DNA of 64,000 nucleotides from Squalus acanthias (Eukaryota), in NCBI GenBank assembly GCA_030390025.1, contig CM059432.1, positions 32,676,001 through 32,740,000 on the forward strand, given 5' to 3'. The position numbers and the translations under genes were made by a program. The notes under the pieces were generated by a model, which searched no databases, was not told the origin of the DNA, and worked only from the letters and a program-made list of their open reading frames with translations. Numbering within the stretch: position 1 is the stretch's first letter; every line of letters starts with the position of its first letter. Below are positions 1-11,076 of the stretch, piece by piece.

Positions 1-2120
1 ATAATTTCCACATGAGCCAACTGTAACCACATAGAATATTTAACCAAAAGTACAGCATGGGCTCAATAAAAGGGAACTTTCAGAATTGCAATTAACGTAA
101 TGTTCTAATCACCTAACAGGAGGTAGGCAGCAGAAGAAAGGGGCATTTGATGTAAAGTCAAATGTAAATAGGCCATTCAGCCCAATTTATGTTTCAGAAT
201 AATGCAGGCCATTTGCATTTACTTTAACATTGGCATCGAGCCAATAATCACTACATTTCTCAATGAATAAGGAATTACTCCTTTTTCCACCAAGTCTGAA
301 TACAGCACAGCAAGTGGCAGCCTACTGAATAGGCGACTTCACGAATCACTATTCCTCAAATTGTATTGAGAAAAGAATGAAGAAATAAAGAAGGGAGGGA
401 AGAAGGAAAGAAAGCTGTATTTGAATAGTGCCTCATCATGTCTCTAGACATCCCAGAGCTCTTGATGTACATTTAATTAGTTTTTTTTTTAAGTTTACCA
501 ACTATTATTATGTAGGTAAACCTGGCAGCTAAATTATGTACAGCAAAGTCCCACAACAGCAAATTAAATGAATGACAAGGTTGCATTTGATTAACTGCTT
601 CTTTAGCTTACAATTGTGTATTCTAGCCACTCCCTGGTTTCATACTAAAAAGAAACCTTCCAAATCCACTTAAATAATCTCTTAAGATTGAAGAACTTTT
701 TAGCTTAGTTTGATAGATTAGCGGTAAATCTTCAAATATGAGAGGGGTAAAGTACAAAATAGATATATTCTTATAAAATAAAAAGGGTGCACATCAAAGA
801 ATAGATTTCTGTGGATAAATAGATTAAAACTAAAGCAAAACTTACAAAGGAGGCATAAGATAAAATTCAGGCTAACAATACTAAAAATAATCATGAGGAG
901 CAGGGAAAGTGTAGTGAGGAGGTGAAAAGGAGATTATAAGGACTAAAAGGGAATATAAAAAAGGCTAGCAGAAAAGATTTAAAAAAAAGAAAGCTTTTAT
1001 AAGTATATATAAGGAAAAAGAATAGTTAGAGATGGTAGGACTGCTCAGGGATAAAGAGGGAGTCTAACTGTAAAGGATGAAGGTATGGCGGAGACACGAA
1101 GAACATAGGAACAGGAGTAGGTCATTTAGCCCCTCGAGCCTGTTCCGCCATTCAATGAGATCATGGCTGATCTGCGACCGAACTCCATATACTTTGGCTC
1201 ATATCGCTTAATACCTTTGGTTAACAAAAAGCTATAAATCTCAGATTTAAAATGAACAATTGATCTAGCATCAATTGCCGTTTGTGGAAGAGAGTTCCAA
1301 ACTTCTACTACCCTTTGTTTTCTAATTTCACTCCTGAAAGGTCTGGCTCTAATTTTTAGACTATGCCCCCTAGTCCTAGACTCCCCAACCAGCGGAAATA
1401 GTTTCTCTCTATCTGCCCTATCTGTTTCCCTTAATATCTTGAAAACTTCAATCAACTCATCCCTGAACCTTCGAAATTCCAGGGAATACAACCCTAATCT
1501 GTGTAATCTTTCCTTGTACTTTAACCCTCGAGTCCAGATATCAATCTGGCAAACCTACACTGTACTCCCGCCAAGGCCAATATACTGTATCCTTCCTAAG
1601 GTGTGGTGCCCAGAACTGCTCACAGTACTCCAGGTGTGGTCTAATCAGGGTTTTGTATAGGTGCAGCATAACTTCTACCCCCTTATTCTAGTCCTCTAGA
1701 TATAAAGACCAGCATTCCATTAGCCTTTTGGATTACTTTCTTTATCTGTTCATGACATTTTAATGATCTATGTACCTGGACCCCCAAGTCTCTTTGGACC
1801 TCCACTGTTTTTAACTTTTCACCATTTAGAAAGTACCCTGTTCTATCTTTTTTAGGTCCAAAGTGGATGATCTCACATTTGCCTACATTGAAATCCATTT
1901 GCCACAGTTTTGTCCATTCATTTAATCTATCAATATCCCGTTGTAATTTTATGCTTTCATCTACACTGCCGCCTATCTTTGTGTCATTGGCAAATTTGGA
2001 TCTGTGGCTTTCTATCGCATCATCTAAGTCATTAATAAATACAGTGAAAAGTTGAGGCCCCAACACAGATCCCTGTGGGTTGCCACTAGTCACATCCTGC
2101 CAATTAGAGTACCTGCCCAT

Positions 2121-2314
2121 TGTGGTAACACAATACAGCTTCCTGTGACTCGAACTTTATTGCATCACTTCCTGTGATTAGTCCAGGATAAATACTGGAC
2201 TGAGCAGTTGGATCCTGGAGAGGCATAGAGTAAGACCTCTTTTGTATGTAGCACCTTTTTAGTTGATTAAAGCTTACTTTAAGTTCACCACGCGTAAGGC
2301 TCATTCTTACGACA
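2121..2314 (+). repeat. 5' LTR (194 bp)
   Basis: TGTGGTAACA...CTTACGACA; identical by eye to 6368-6561; ATTAAA at 2266-2271. Confidence 0.97.
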
Positions 2315-2315
2315 A

Positions 2316-2326
2316 TTTAATCAACT
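2316..2326 (+). promoter_or_regulatory. Putative self-priming primer-binding site TTTAATCAACT
   Basis: Starts 2 nt after the 5' LTR end, lacks the TGG of tRNA PBSs, and is the exact reverse complement of LTR 2261-2271 (AGTTGATTAAA). Confidence 0.65.
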
Positions 2327-2392
2327 TTGAAAAACTTCGCACTCAAACTTTTTGGACGAACTCGGAACTAAGGATCCAGGGAATCACCCATC

Positions 2393-5300
2393 ATGGAAAA
2401 CATCCTTAAACCATCGTGTCTTGACTTGGACCCAAACACCCCAGCAGCCGGTAAGGTGTGGAAACACTGGTATCGCACGTTTGACAATTTTCTCGAATAT
2501 TGCAAGGCTGATGATGACACAAAGTTGCGGATACTCATCAACTGTGTCACTCCGAATGTATTTCAGTATGTTGAGGAATGGGGCAGTTACGAGGAGGCAA
2601 TTCGGACGCTTAAAAGACTATATACTAAGACACCGAATGAGGTCTATGCCAGACATCTACTAGCTACAGCCCAACAAGGGCCGGAGGAATCCATTGATAA
2701 ATTCCTCCAAGAGCTTCGCAGACTTAGTATGGACTGTAACTTTCAGGCGGCCTCAGCTGAGCTGTACCGTGAAGAAATGATCCGTGATGCTTTCATCTGC
2801 GGGCTTGCCTCCCCATTTATACGCCAGCGTCTACTGGAAAGTAAGACACTTGAGCTTCAGAGAGCTTATGACATGGCTTGCTCTCTAGATCTGGCAAAAA
2901 GAAATGCAGACCTTTATACAGTGCCCAGACCTCGGTCTGCTGCCTTAACTACAGTCAGGCAATTTAAGAGGCCACAGGTGAACTCTATTAGGGAGGACTT
3001 TATCCCTGACGATCAATCTGATGACTTCACTGATGAAGAGGATGATGACCCCACTGTGGCAGCCTCTTGGCAATCTAAGAAATGCTTTTTTTGTGGTGAT
3101 GAGTTTCACCCTCGGAAATTCTGCCCTGCTCGCAATGCGTTTTGCAGTCATTGCAACAAAAAGGGTCATTTTGCAAAGGTTTGCCTATCAAGAGCCTCTA
3201 CGAGGGCTTATCAAGCTAAGTCCTACCGAACTGCCCCGGTAAGGGCCTATCAAGATGTTCCGGCTAAAATCTATCGTGCTTCCTCTCGGGTTTTCTCTCG
3301 AAGAAACACACCTAGAGTTTCAGCCACTCTTTGTGCAACGACACCAATTACAGCTGCTTGTCCTCAGAACCTATTCCATGCAGCTACAAAAGCATCAATT
3401 AATGGACATACTTTAGATGCCTTAATTGACTCAGGTAGCACTGATAGTTTCATTAGGGAACAGATTGTTGCAGAGTTAAAGCTACATGTTTTCCCATCGG
3501 ACCAGGCAATTGCGATGGCTCAGTCATCACTTAATACCAGAATTTCTGGCTTTTGTATGGTTGAAATAACACTTAATGGTCGCAGGTATCCCTCCACCCG
3601 GCTTTCGGTGCTCAAGGACTTATGTAGTGATCTTATCTTAGGGCTGGATTTTCAAAAGCAGCATAAGAAACTCACCATTGAGTTCGGCGGATCCAAACCT
3701 GAACTCACTATTTCTAATATACGACCTCGATTACCGTTCTGTGCATTGTCAGCAGCTTCACTGGATGAACCCTCACTGTTTACCAGTATCCCTCCTCGAT
3801 GCAAACCGATTATAACAAAGTCACGACGTTTCAGTCAGGAAGACCAGTCTTTTATTGCGGCTGAGATTTCTCGGCTTTTAGCAGAGGATATCATCGAGCC
3901 TTGTTCGTCGCCATGGCGCGCCCAGGTCGTTATTGTTAAGAACCCTCTACAACCTCACAAGAAACGGCTGTGCATTGACTATTCACAGACCATCAATCAA
4001 TATACGGACTTGGACGCATACCCATTGCCGCGCATCGATGATATGGTTAATAAACTGGCTGAGTACACGGTGTTCTCAACATATGATCTGAAAAGTGCCT
4101 ATCATCAGGTACCCTTGAAGGTCTCAGACAAGCAGTATACAGCCTTTGAAGCCAATGGACGGCTGTATCAATTTCGTCGCCTCCCCTTTGGGGTCACTAA
4201 TGGAGTGGCTGTCTTCCAGCGAGCAATGGATGACCTGGTCAAACAGGAAGACTTGAAGGATACGTTTCCTTATCTGGACAATATTACTGTCGCAGGTCGC
4301 AATCAGCGGGAACATGACGCCAATCTCCAACGATTTTGGGATGCACTCCAGCACCGTAATTTGACATTAAATGCGGCTAAATCCATTGAGTCACAACCAA
4401 CCATCAACATCCTTGGCTATTGTGTGGGCAATGGCATCATTAAACCTGACCCTGAAAGGCTTCGCCCACTCCAAGAACTCCCGCCACCTAAGAATCCGGC
4501 CTCCTTGCGCCGGGCCCTCGGCCTGTTTGCATACTATGCTCAATGGATTCCTAACTTCTCGGACCGAATCCAACCTCTACTGAAGGCCAGCACATTCCCA
4601 CTAGACACAGCGGCTGTTGCAGCCTTTAACCTCCTGAAAAAACAGTTGGAGAAAGCGGCTCTTCACTCCATCGATGAGAGTCTTCCTTTTGTCGTTGAGT
4701 GTGATGCCTCGGAGGTGGCGATCTCGGCCACTCTGAATCAGGAAGGTCGTCCGGTGGCATTTTTGTCCAGGACTTTTCAAGGGGCTGAGCTACATTATCC
4801 TCCAGTCGAGAAAGAAGCTACAGCCATCATAGAGGCAGTACGGAAGTGGACTCATCTCCTAGCTCGCCAGCACTTTACCTTAATCACGGACCAGCGATCG
4901 GTCACCTTCATGCTCGATAATCGAAAACGGACCAAAATTAAAAATAATAAAATCCAGCTTTGGCGGCTGGAATTGGCCTCTTTTGGTTACACCATCCACT
5001 ATCGACCTGGCAAGGAGAATGTGGCTCCGGATACCCTCACACGAGCATTCTGCTCCGCCATGGCACCCTCTACGCTCGTAGACATCCATGATGGGTTGTG
5101 TCATCCGGGCGTTACTCGCATGCTACACTTCGTGCGGTCCCGAAATCTCCCATTCTCTACCGGGGATGTAAAGAAGATGTGCTCGGACTGCAGAGTCTGT
5201 GCGGAATTGAAACCTCAGTTTTTCCGCCCCTCGGGTGGTATACTCATACATGCGACCCAGCCAATGCAACGGCTTAGCATCGATTTTAAGGGGCCGTTGC

Positions 5301-6349
5301 CCTCTTCAACTCGCAACACTTATCTATTGACCATGGTCGATGAGTATTCCCGTTTTCCGTTTGCCTTTCCCTGCCCCAATATGCTGACGACCACGGTTAT
5401 CAGCTGCCTTGAGCAGGTATTTGCTTTCTGTGGCATGGCATCCTATGTTCATTCGGATCGGGGCCCTTCTTTTATGTCAGGAGAACTCAAGGCCTATCTC
5501 TCGGAACGGGGTATTGCTGCCAGCAGAACGACGCCTTATCATCCGGTCGGGAATGGGCAAGTCGAGCGTTTTAACGCTATCATCTGGAATGCGGTACGTC
5601 TGGCTTTGAGATCTCGGGGCCTACCCAACCAGCAATGGGAAGCAGTACTTCCAGACGCATTACACTCCACACGGTCCCTCCTTTCGACCGCCACAAATAC
5701 GACGCCTCATGAACGGTTCTTCCGATTTCAGCGTCGCTCATCCTATGGGATATCTCTCCCGTCGTGGCTGACTGCACCGGGACCAGTGCTACTCCGAAGA
5801 TATGTCCGGGCGTCTAAGAATGACCCCCTGGTAGATGAGGTTGAGCTCACTGACGTCAACCCTACCTACGCCTATATTCGGTATCCTGACGGTCGGGAAT
5901 CTACCGTGTCATTGCGGGATCTGGCTCCCTGCCCGCCGAAACATAGAGGGACACCAGGGGATGATATTGTACCAGGCACATCTCTGGGCTCGCCAGGTGC
6001 CTCTCATCACGATCTGGATCTGACGCCGGCTGGTACCTCACTCCAGCGTGCCGACCTGGGGCAGACTGACTATGAGCCCGTCGGGGCTCGCACGCGCAGC
6101 CACGATCCACCCCGTACCATACGCTCGGAAACGGATCTGCCACAGCCCTGCCCGACACCCGTTCGGGCACCAGTACACAGTCAGGATCGTCCTGACCCCT
6201 CACAGAGCGGGCTGGATCACTCGGACTCTGGTCCACGGCCCGCGGCGGGTAAACGGGCTAGGGGCCCTCTACCGCTACGAGAACCCAAACGGGTGCGGCT
6301 CTCCCTCGTCCGACGGCTACGAAATGGAGGGAGCATCCCGGCCTCCTAA
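2393..6349 (+). CDS. Gypsy Gag-Pol polyprotein, single intact ORF of 1318 aa
   Basis: Two CCHC knuckles (CFFCGDEFHPRKFC, CSHCNKKGHFAKVC); protease LIDSGS; RT (DLKSAYHQV, LPFG, YLDN); RNase H (ECDAS, EKEA, TDQ); integrase HHCC plus D,D,E (IDFKG, HSDRG, VERFN); Pro-rich tail with no recognisable chromodomain. Confidence 0.97.
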   Translation: MENILKPSCLDLDPNTPAAGKVWKHWYRTFDNFLEYCKADDDTKLRILINCVTPNVFQYVEEWGSYEEAIRTLKRLYTKTPNEVYARHLLATAQQGPEESIDKFLQELRRLSMDCNFQAASAELYREEMIRDAFICGLASPFIRQRLLESKTLELQRAYDMACSLDLAKRNADLYTVPRPRSAALTTVRQFKRPQVNSIREDFIPDDQSDDFTDEEDDDPTVAASWQSKKCFFCGDEFHPRKFCPARNAFCSHCNKKGHFAKVCLSRASTRAYQAKSYRTAPVRAYQDVPAKIYRASSRVFSRRNTPRVSATLCATTPITAACPQNLFHAATKASINGHTLDALIDSGSTDSFIREQIVAELKLHVFPSDQAIAMAQSSLNTRISGFCMVEITLNGRRYPSTRLSVLKDLCSDLILGLDFQKQHKKLTIEFGGSKPELTISNIRPRLPFCALSAASLDEPSLFTSIPPRCKPIITKSRRFSQEDQSFIAAEISRLLAEDIIEPCSSPWRAQVVIVKNPLQPHKKRLCIDYSQTINQYTDLDAYPLPRIDDMVNKLAEYTVFSTYDLKSAYHQVPLKVSDKQYTAFEANGRLYQFRRLPFGVTNGVAVFQRAMDDLVKQEDLKDTFPYLDNITVAGRNQREHDANLQRFWDALQHRNLTLNAAKSIESQPTINILGYCVGNGIIKPDPERLRPLQELPPPKNPASLRRALGLFAYYAQWIPNFSDRIQPLLKASTFPLDTAAVAAFNLLKKQLEKAALHSIDESLPFVVECDASEVAISATLNQEGRPVAFLSRTFQGAELHYPPVEKEATAIIEAVRKWTHLLARQHFTLITDQRSVTFMLDNRKRTKIKNNKIQLWRLELASFGYTIHYRPGKENVAPDTLTRAFCSAMAPSTLVDIHDGLCHPGVTRMLHFVRSRNLPFSTGDVKKMCSDCRVCAELKPQFFRPSGGILIHATQPMQRLSIDFKGPLPSSTRNTYLLTMVDEYSRFPFAFPCPNMLTTTVISCLEQVFAFCGMASYVHSDRGPSFMSGELKAYLSERGIAASRTTPYHPVGNGQVERFNAIIWNAVRLALRSRGLPNQQWEAVLPDALHSTRSLLSTATNTTPHERFFRFQRRSSYGISLPSWLTAPGPVLLRRYVRASKNDPLVDEVELTDVNPTYAYIRYPDGRESTVSLRDLAPCPPKHRGTPGDDIVPGTSLGSPGASHHDLDLTPAGTSLQRADLGQTDYEPVGARTRSHDPPRTIRSETDLPQPCPTPVRAPVHSQDRPDPSQSGLDHSDSGPRPAAGKRARGPLPLREPKRVRLSLVRRLRNGGSIPAS

Positions 6350-6355
6350 TCTTTT

Positions 6356-6367
6356 GGGGGGGGAGAA
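6356..6367 (+). promoter_or_regulatory. Polypurine tract GGGGGGGGAGAA
   Basis: Pure purine run directly abutting the 3' LTR TG. Confidence 0.93.
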
Positions 6368-6561
6368 TGTGGTAACACAATACAGCTTCCTGTGACTCGA
6401 ACTTTATTGCATCACTTCCTGTGATTAGTCCAGGATAAATACTGGACTGAGCAGTTGGATCCTGGAGAGGCATAGAGTAAGACCTCTTTTGTATGTAGCA
6501 CCTTTTTAGTTGATTAAAGCTTACTTTAAGTTCACCACGCGTAAGGCTCATTCTTACGACA
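6368..6561 (+). repeat. 3' LTR (194 bp)
   Basis: Direct repeat of 2121-2314, preceded by the PPT. Confidence 0.97.
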
Positions 6562-6749
6562 CCCATTATCCCTACTCTCTGTCTCCTGCCGCTCAGCTAA
6601 TTTCCTAACCAGGTCAATAATTTTCCCTCAATTCCATGGGCTTCAACCTTAGTTAACAGTCTCTTATGAGGAACTTTATCAAATGCCTTTTGGAAGTCGA
6701 AATAAATTACATCCAGAGATTCCCCTGTCCACTACTATATAAACATTTT

Positions 6750-7960
6750 ACATTGGTTTTGACAAATAATGGTGGAAGTGAGAATGTAGGTGTAGTAAAG
6801 GAAGATATGGAACTAATGTTAAAGTTAACTATAGAAAAGGAATTGATTCTGAAAAAAATTAGCAGAACTCAGAGTGTATATGTCACCGAGCCCTGATGGC
6901 ATGCACTCAAGGCCATTGAAAGAAGTTAACGAGGAGATAGCAGAGGCTCTGGCAATTATTTTTTAATCCTCCATATGCAAATTATGGCTGGAGTGGAGAT
7001 GGACTGGAGAGTAACCAATGTAACAGTCTTGTTCAAGAGAGCGTGAAGAATAAACTAGGTAACAATGACCAATGTTAGTTGTGGGCGATGATAAATTTCT
7101 GCAAACCCTTAATTAGAATACAATGTGCAGTTCTGAATGCACCATTCTAAAAAGGATGTCGAAGTCTCAAGAGAGCATACATTGTAGATTCATCAGAACG
7201 ATGCCAGAGAAAAGAAACAATAGTCATGAGGAAAAACTGCAGGTACTAGGTCTATTTCCACTAGAGCAGAGAAGTCTAAGAGGAGATTTGGGAGGCTTTT
7301 TAAATGAAGAAGAATTTTAATAAGAGTGTAGAGGGAAAGACTATTTCCTCTGGTTGGGGAGGGGTCATCAATTTAAAATCCTCATTGAGGAGAGCAAATA
7401 GAAGGAATTTATTAATGCTTTGCTACAGGAGTGGTTGAGGCAGACTATTGTAGCTTTTAAGGGAATAGCATCATAGAATCTTACAGCACAGGAGGTCATT
7501 TGGCCCATTGTGCCTGTGCCAGCTCTTTGAAAGAACTATCCAATTAGTCCCACTCCTCTGCTCGTTCCCCATAGCTCTGCAATTTTCTCCCTTTTAAGTA
7601 TTTATCCAATCCACTTTTGAAAGTTACTATTGAATCTGCTTCCACTACCCTTTCAGGCAGTGAATTCTAGATCATAATAACTCACTGCGTTAAAAAAAAA
7701 TTCTCCTCATCTCACCTCAGGCTCTTTTGCCAATTACCTTAAATCTGTGTCCTCTGGTTACTGACCCTTCAGCCAGTGGAAACAGCTTCTTCTCTATCAA
7801 AAACCATCATGATTTTGAACACTAATATTTCAAGCAGATGAAGATACAGGGCTATGGGGGAGTGCATGGTGCAGTATAATTATTTTATGGATTGCTCTAG
7901 AAAAAAGCTGAGCACAGACATGGTGGGCAGAACGGCCTCCTTCTGTGCTGTAAAAATGTT
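6750..7960. mobile_element. Old degraded CR1 (+) with a younger CR1 3' end (-, ~7470-7820) inserted
   Basis: Residual LQVLGLFPLEQRSLRGDL; minus-strand CR1 tail starting catcatagaatc. Confidence 0.7.
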
Positions 7961-9138
7961 ATGGTTGTCGTCACAGTTTGTGATGTAACACCTCGTAATA
8001 TCCTTATTGCAGGTCTCGGTTTTTTCCTAAATATGGTGACTAAGACGAGACAAAAGACCACAAGTCTCATCAATGCACTTCAATATTATTATTAACTACT
8101 CAGGCTAATGCAATCTCTATGGATTGATTTATGTTAGTACAATATCAAAACACGAGCAGTAATTAAAGAGCAAGTTACAATTCCAAAAGATAAAAGTGGC
8201 GACAAAACTGATAATAAAACAGCAAAAATAACAAATGAACATTTTCTATAAATACTCATCGAAGGGGTTAACATTAACTTGCTATAAAAGTTCTGTAGGA
8301 TACTCAATGTCCTAGAGGATTTTGAAGTAGTATGGAGAGGTGAGAGAGAGAGAGAGGATTTTTGCATCCAGGTCCTCTCACAGCAAAGGTCAGGCAGTTT
8401 CTGAAGACATTCAATGCAACAGCATCAGAGGCGACTTTCAGACCTAATACTACTACTATCTTCATCACATCTCCGTTGTAATAGTGGACCTGCAGCTGAT
8501 AGTCAGCTATCCACTTGTGCTCCCGCCAGGTTTCACTGGCGTGTTTCACATCAGGCGTGCTTCACGTCGGAAAAGGGTTAAACTAGCTAAAACGTTTCAA
8601 AATGGCATTACAGAGCCAATTTAGGGCTTGTTAAGGGCTTTAATGGCCTCTCCCGCCTCTTGGAGGCGGGACGGAGTCGGGAACACCGCACACGATTTTA
8701 TCAAAATTGCATGGAGGCGGGATCAGGTCCGCCCGCCACTTTTCGCCTCCAACCCATAGTATCTGTTGTCTTCAGCACTCCTTCTACCCTACAAAGGAGC
8801 TTTTGTCTTTCAGTTTTAAGTCCTGAGAAACAGTCTTATAACCAAAATGTTCATTTGTCTTTGCTGTTTACAGACGTTGACTGACCTATTGTGTATTTCC
8901 GGCTTTTCTGCTTTTATTTTGGAGAGGCACAAACAAATCCCTTGTGCCAGATGACATATATCATAGGTTTAATAAAGATGCTTATTAAAGTTTGCAGGGT
9001 CTTGAAAAATCTTTGAGTGAGATGTAGTGCCTTTATGTTAAAAAAGAACAAGAAATCTGACCCAGTCGACCACATACCGAGCCTAACAAATTTGTACAGT
9101 TAATCATATATGTGCATCAAATTCAATCCATTTCTTAC

Positions 9139-9381
9139 CATAATGATTCTCTGTGCAAGTCGTGTCCTAGCCAGAAAATATACTACTCTCAATCTCTTTG
9201 GCAGCCGTAGGTTTCTAAAAGAAGAAGGCTGCAGGGAGATGGTATAAGGAGCCGAAGGCCGCATCGTAGGCTGACGCTCATATCTCTGTTGCCTTGGAAC
9301 GGACTTGGAGCGAGGCAGCCTCAGGTGGTCAGGGATGTCTTGCACAGCCTCTGCAGGAAGGCGCTTATTAAGGTCAGCAAG
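9139..9381 (-). CDS. SCAP: SCAP coding exon (approx. human exon 12), LADL and cytosolic loop 6
   Basis: ctaccag|CTT GCT ... ATT ATG|gtaaga; [81 protein letters not shown]; 243 nt. Confidence 0.97.
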
Positions 9382-9809
9382 CTGGTAGGAAACAGAGAAG
9401 TCAGGAAAACTGCAACAATGAGTTAGAAATTAGCAGATGTAAAGCTTTTTAAAATGTATTTTCTTATGCTGTCTTCTCTCCACATTAGTCAGTCACTTGT
9501 TGCAACAGGCTTACAAGCATAACTTAACATTTAAGTTGTATTTTAAGTAATATCTTACCATTTCTGGTGCAAATCCTTGACTGTTACTGCCATTTTATTT
9601 ACTTATCATTTGTTGTTGTTGTTCATACACCAGCCAAGCTATTCTGGCCAAAATACACAAACTATCTAACTCTCTACTTGCCCTATGTTCATCTGCTCTG
9701 GCTCCTCTTGGGCAATGTACCAAAGCAGCTGAAATCATATTGCCTACTCAAAGACATCTGAAGATGCATCTCTAACACATCTATGTAGAGATAACACAGT
9801 TTTGACCGG

Positions 9810-10415
9810 TACAAGAAAGAATTTAAAAGGGCTAATGGAATGTCGGCCTTTATCTCAATAGGGCTGGAATACAAGTTATGTTACAGCTGTACAGAGTTCT
9901 GGTTAGACCCCATCTGGAGTAATGCATTCAGTTCTGGGCACCGCACTTCAGGAAGAATATATTGGCCTTGGAGGGGGTGCAGCGCAGATTCATCAGAATG
10001 ATACCGGGGCTAAAAGGGTTAAATTGTGACAGGTTGCATTGACTAGGCTTGTATTCCCTTGAAGTATTTAAGATGATTAAGGGATTTGATAGGGTAGATA
10101 GAAACTATTTCCTCTGGTGAGAGAGTCCAGAACAAGGAATTATAACCTTAAAATTAGAGATAGGCTGTTCAAGGGTGGTGTCAGAAAGCACTTCTGCACA
10201 CAAAGAGTAGTGGAAATCTCTCCCCCCAAAAAGCTGGAGGCTAGGTCAATTAAAATTTTCAAAACTGTGATTGATAGATTTTTGTTAGGCAAGGGTATTA
10301 AGGGTTACGGAACCAAGGCAGGTAGATGGAGTTAAGATACAGATCAGCCATGATTTAATTGAATGGCGGAACAGGCTCGAGGGGCTGAATGGCCTATTCT
10401 CGTTTTTATGTTCCT
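9810..10415 (+). mobile_element. CR1 LINE 3' fragment
   Basis: RKHFCTQRVVE, IDRFLLGKGIKGYG; CR1 tail ending ttttatgttcct. Confidence 0.85.
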
Positions 10416-10599
10416 TGTTCAGGAGGGTGGTGAAGGTAGCTTCCACTTGGAAATTCCTCACAGTGATGCAGTTGAGATGAAGAATACATGGAGAGTCAAA
10501 GACCCAAACTTGCATTCAGTCAATCCCCACAATGTGCACTAGTGACCTAACCCGCTGCACCACAGGGAAATGTACATAAAGGAAATTAAGACTACTAAT

Positions 10600-10990
10600 T
10601 GTATAATGCCTTTCAGAAATTACTCCAAATACTTCATATACAATGAATTACTCAGAAGTGCATTGACTTATGTAGGCAGACACGATAACCACTTTGCACG
10701 CAGGGAGAAGCAATGAAAGAATGGCCAGTTCATTTGTTTTTATTGGTGGTGGTTGAGGGAGGAATGTCCAGGACACCAGGACAATTCCCTGCTCTTCATC
10801 GAATAGTGTCATTGGTACTTTAATGCTCAGCTCAACCACAAAGGCACAACCTTGGTTTAACATCTCATCCGAAGGACAACATCTCTGACAATGCATCACT
10901 CCTTTTAGTATGGCACTGGAATGTCAACACTGATTATGTGCTCAAGTCCAGGAGTGGTCTTTAAAGCCACAATCTTCTACCTCAGAGGCA
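10600..10990 (-). mobile_element. tRNA-derived Deu-domain-type SINE, degraded
   Basis: Similar to the SINE copy at 51491-51717 (catctcatccgaagga, tgtgctcaagtccaggagtgg). Confidence 0.6.
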
Positions 10991-11076
10991 ATCTTTCCAG
11001 CAACGGAACTAAACTGACACTCTATAGCACCAGAGTGAAAATAAATTTGAATCCGAGTATGCCAGGGTCATCTTAC

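Larger units (their letters stand above)
2121..6561 (+). mobile_element. Full-length Gypsy (Metaviridae) LTR retrotransposon, 4441 bp, inserted into a CR1
   Basis: TG...CA LTRs at 2121-2314 and 6368-6561; 5-bp TSD CCCAT at 2116-2120 and 6562-6566; PPT present; domain order PR-RT-RH-IN; the flanks rejoin into CR1 sequence seen uninterrupted near 54721. Confidence 0.98.
1099..6735 (-). mobile_element. CR1 LINE 3' fragment (1099-2120 and 6562-6735) split by the Gypsy element
   Basis: RT/C-terminal pieces PQGSVLGPQLF, SKFANDTK, WQMDFNVGKC, RTRGHSLKI; typical CR1 3' tail. Confidence 0.9.

Noticed and set aside
2104..2304. Repeated antisense ORF MSLTRGELKV... (also 6258-6566)
   Set aside because: It is the antisense translation of the two identical LTRs, with no evidence of function.
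1..9138. Next SCAP exon (AGTVVWIGIL...) downstream of 9139
   Set aside because: No matching sequence found by eye; it presumably lies beyond the window start.
9382..9415. Alternative upstream acceptor (ttgcag) extending the last SCAP exon
   Set aside because: It adds 28 nt, shifting the frame and splitting ME|LADL; the acceptor at 9381 gives the conserved protein.
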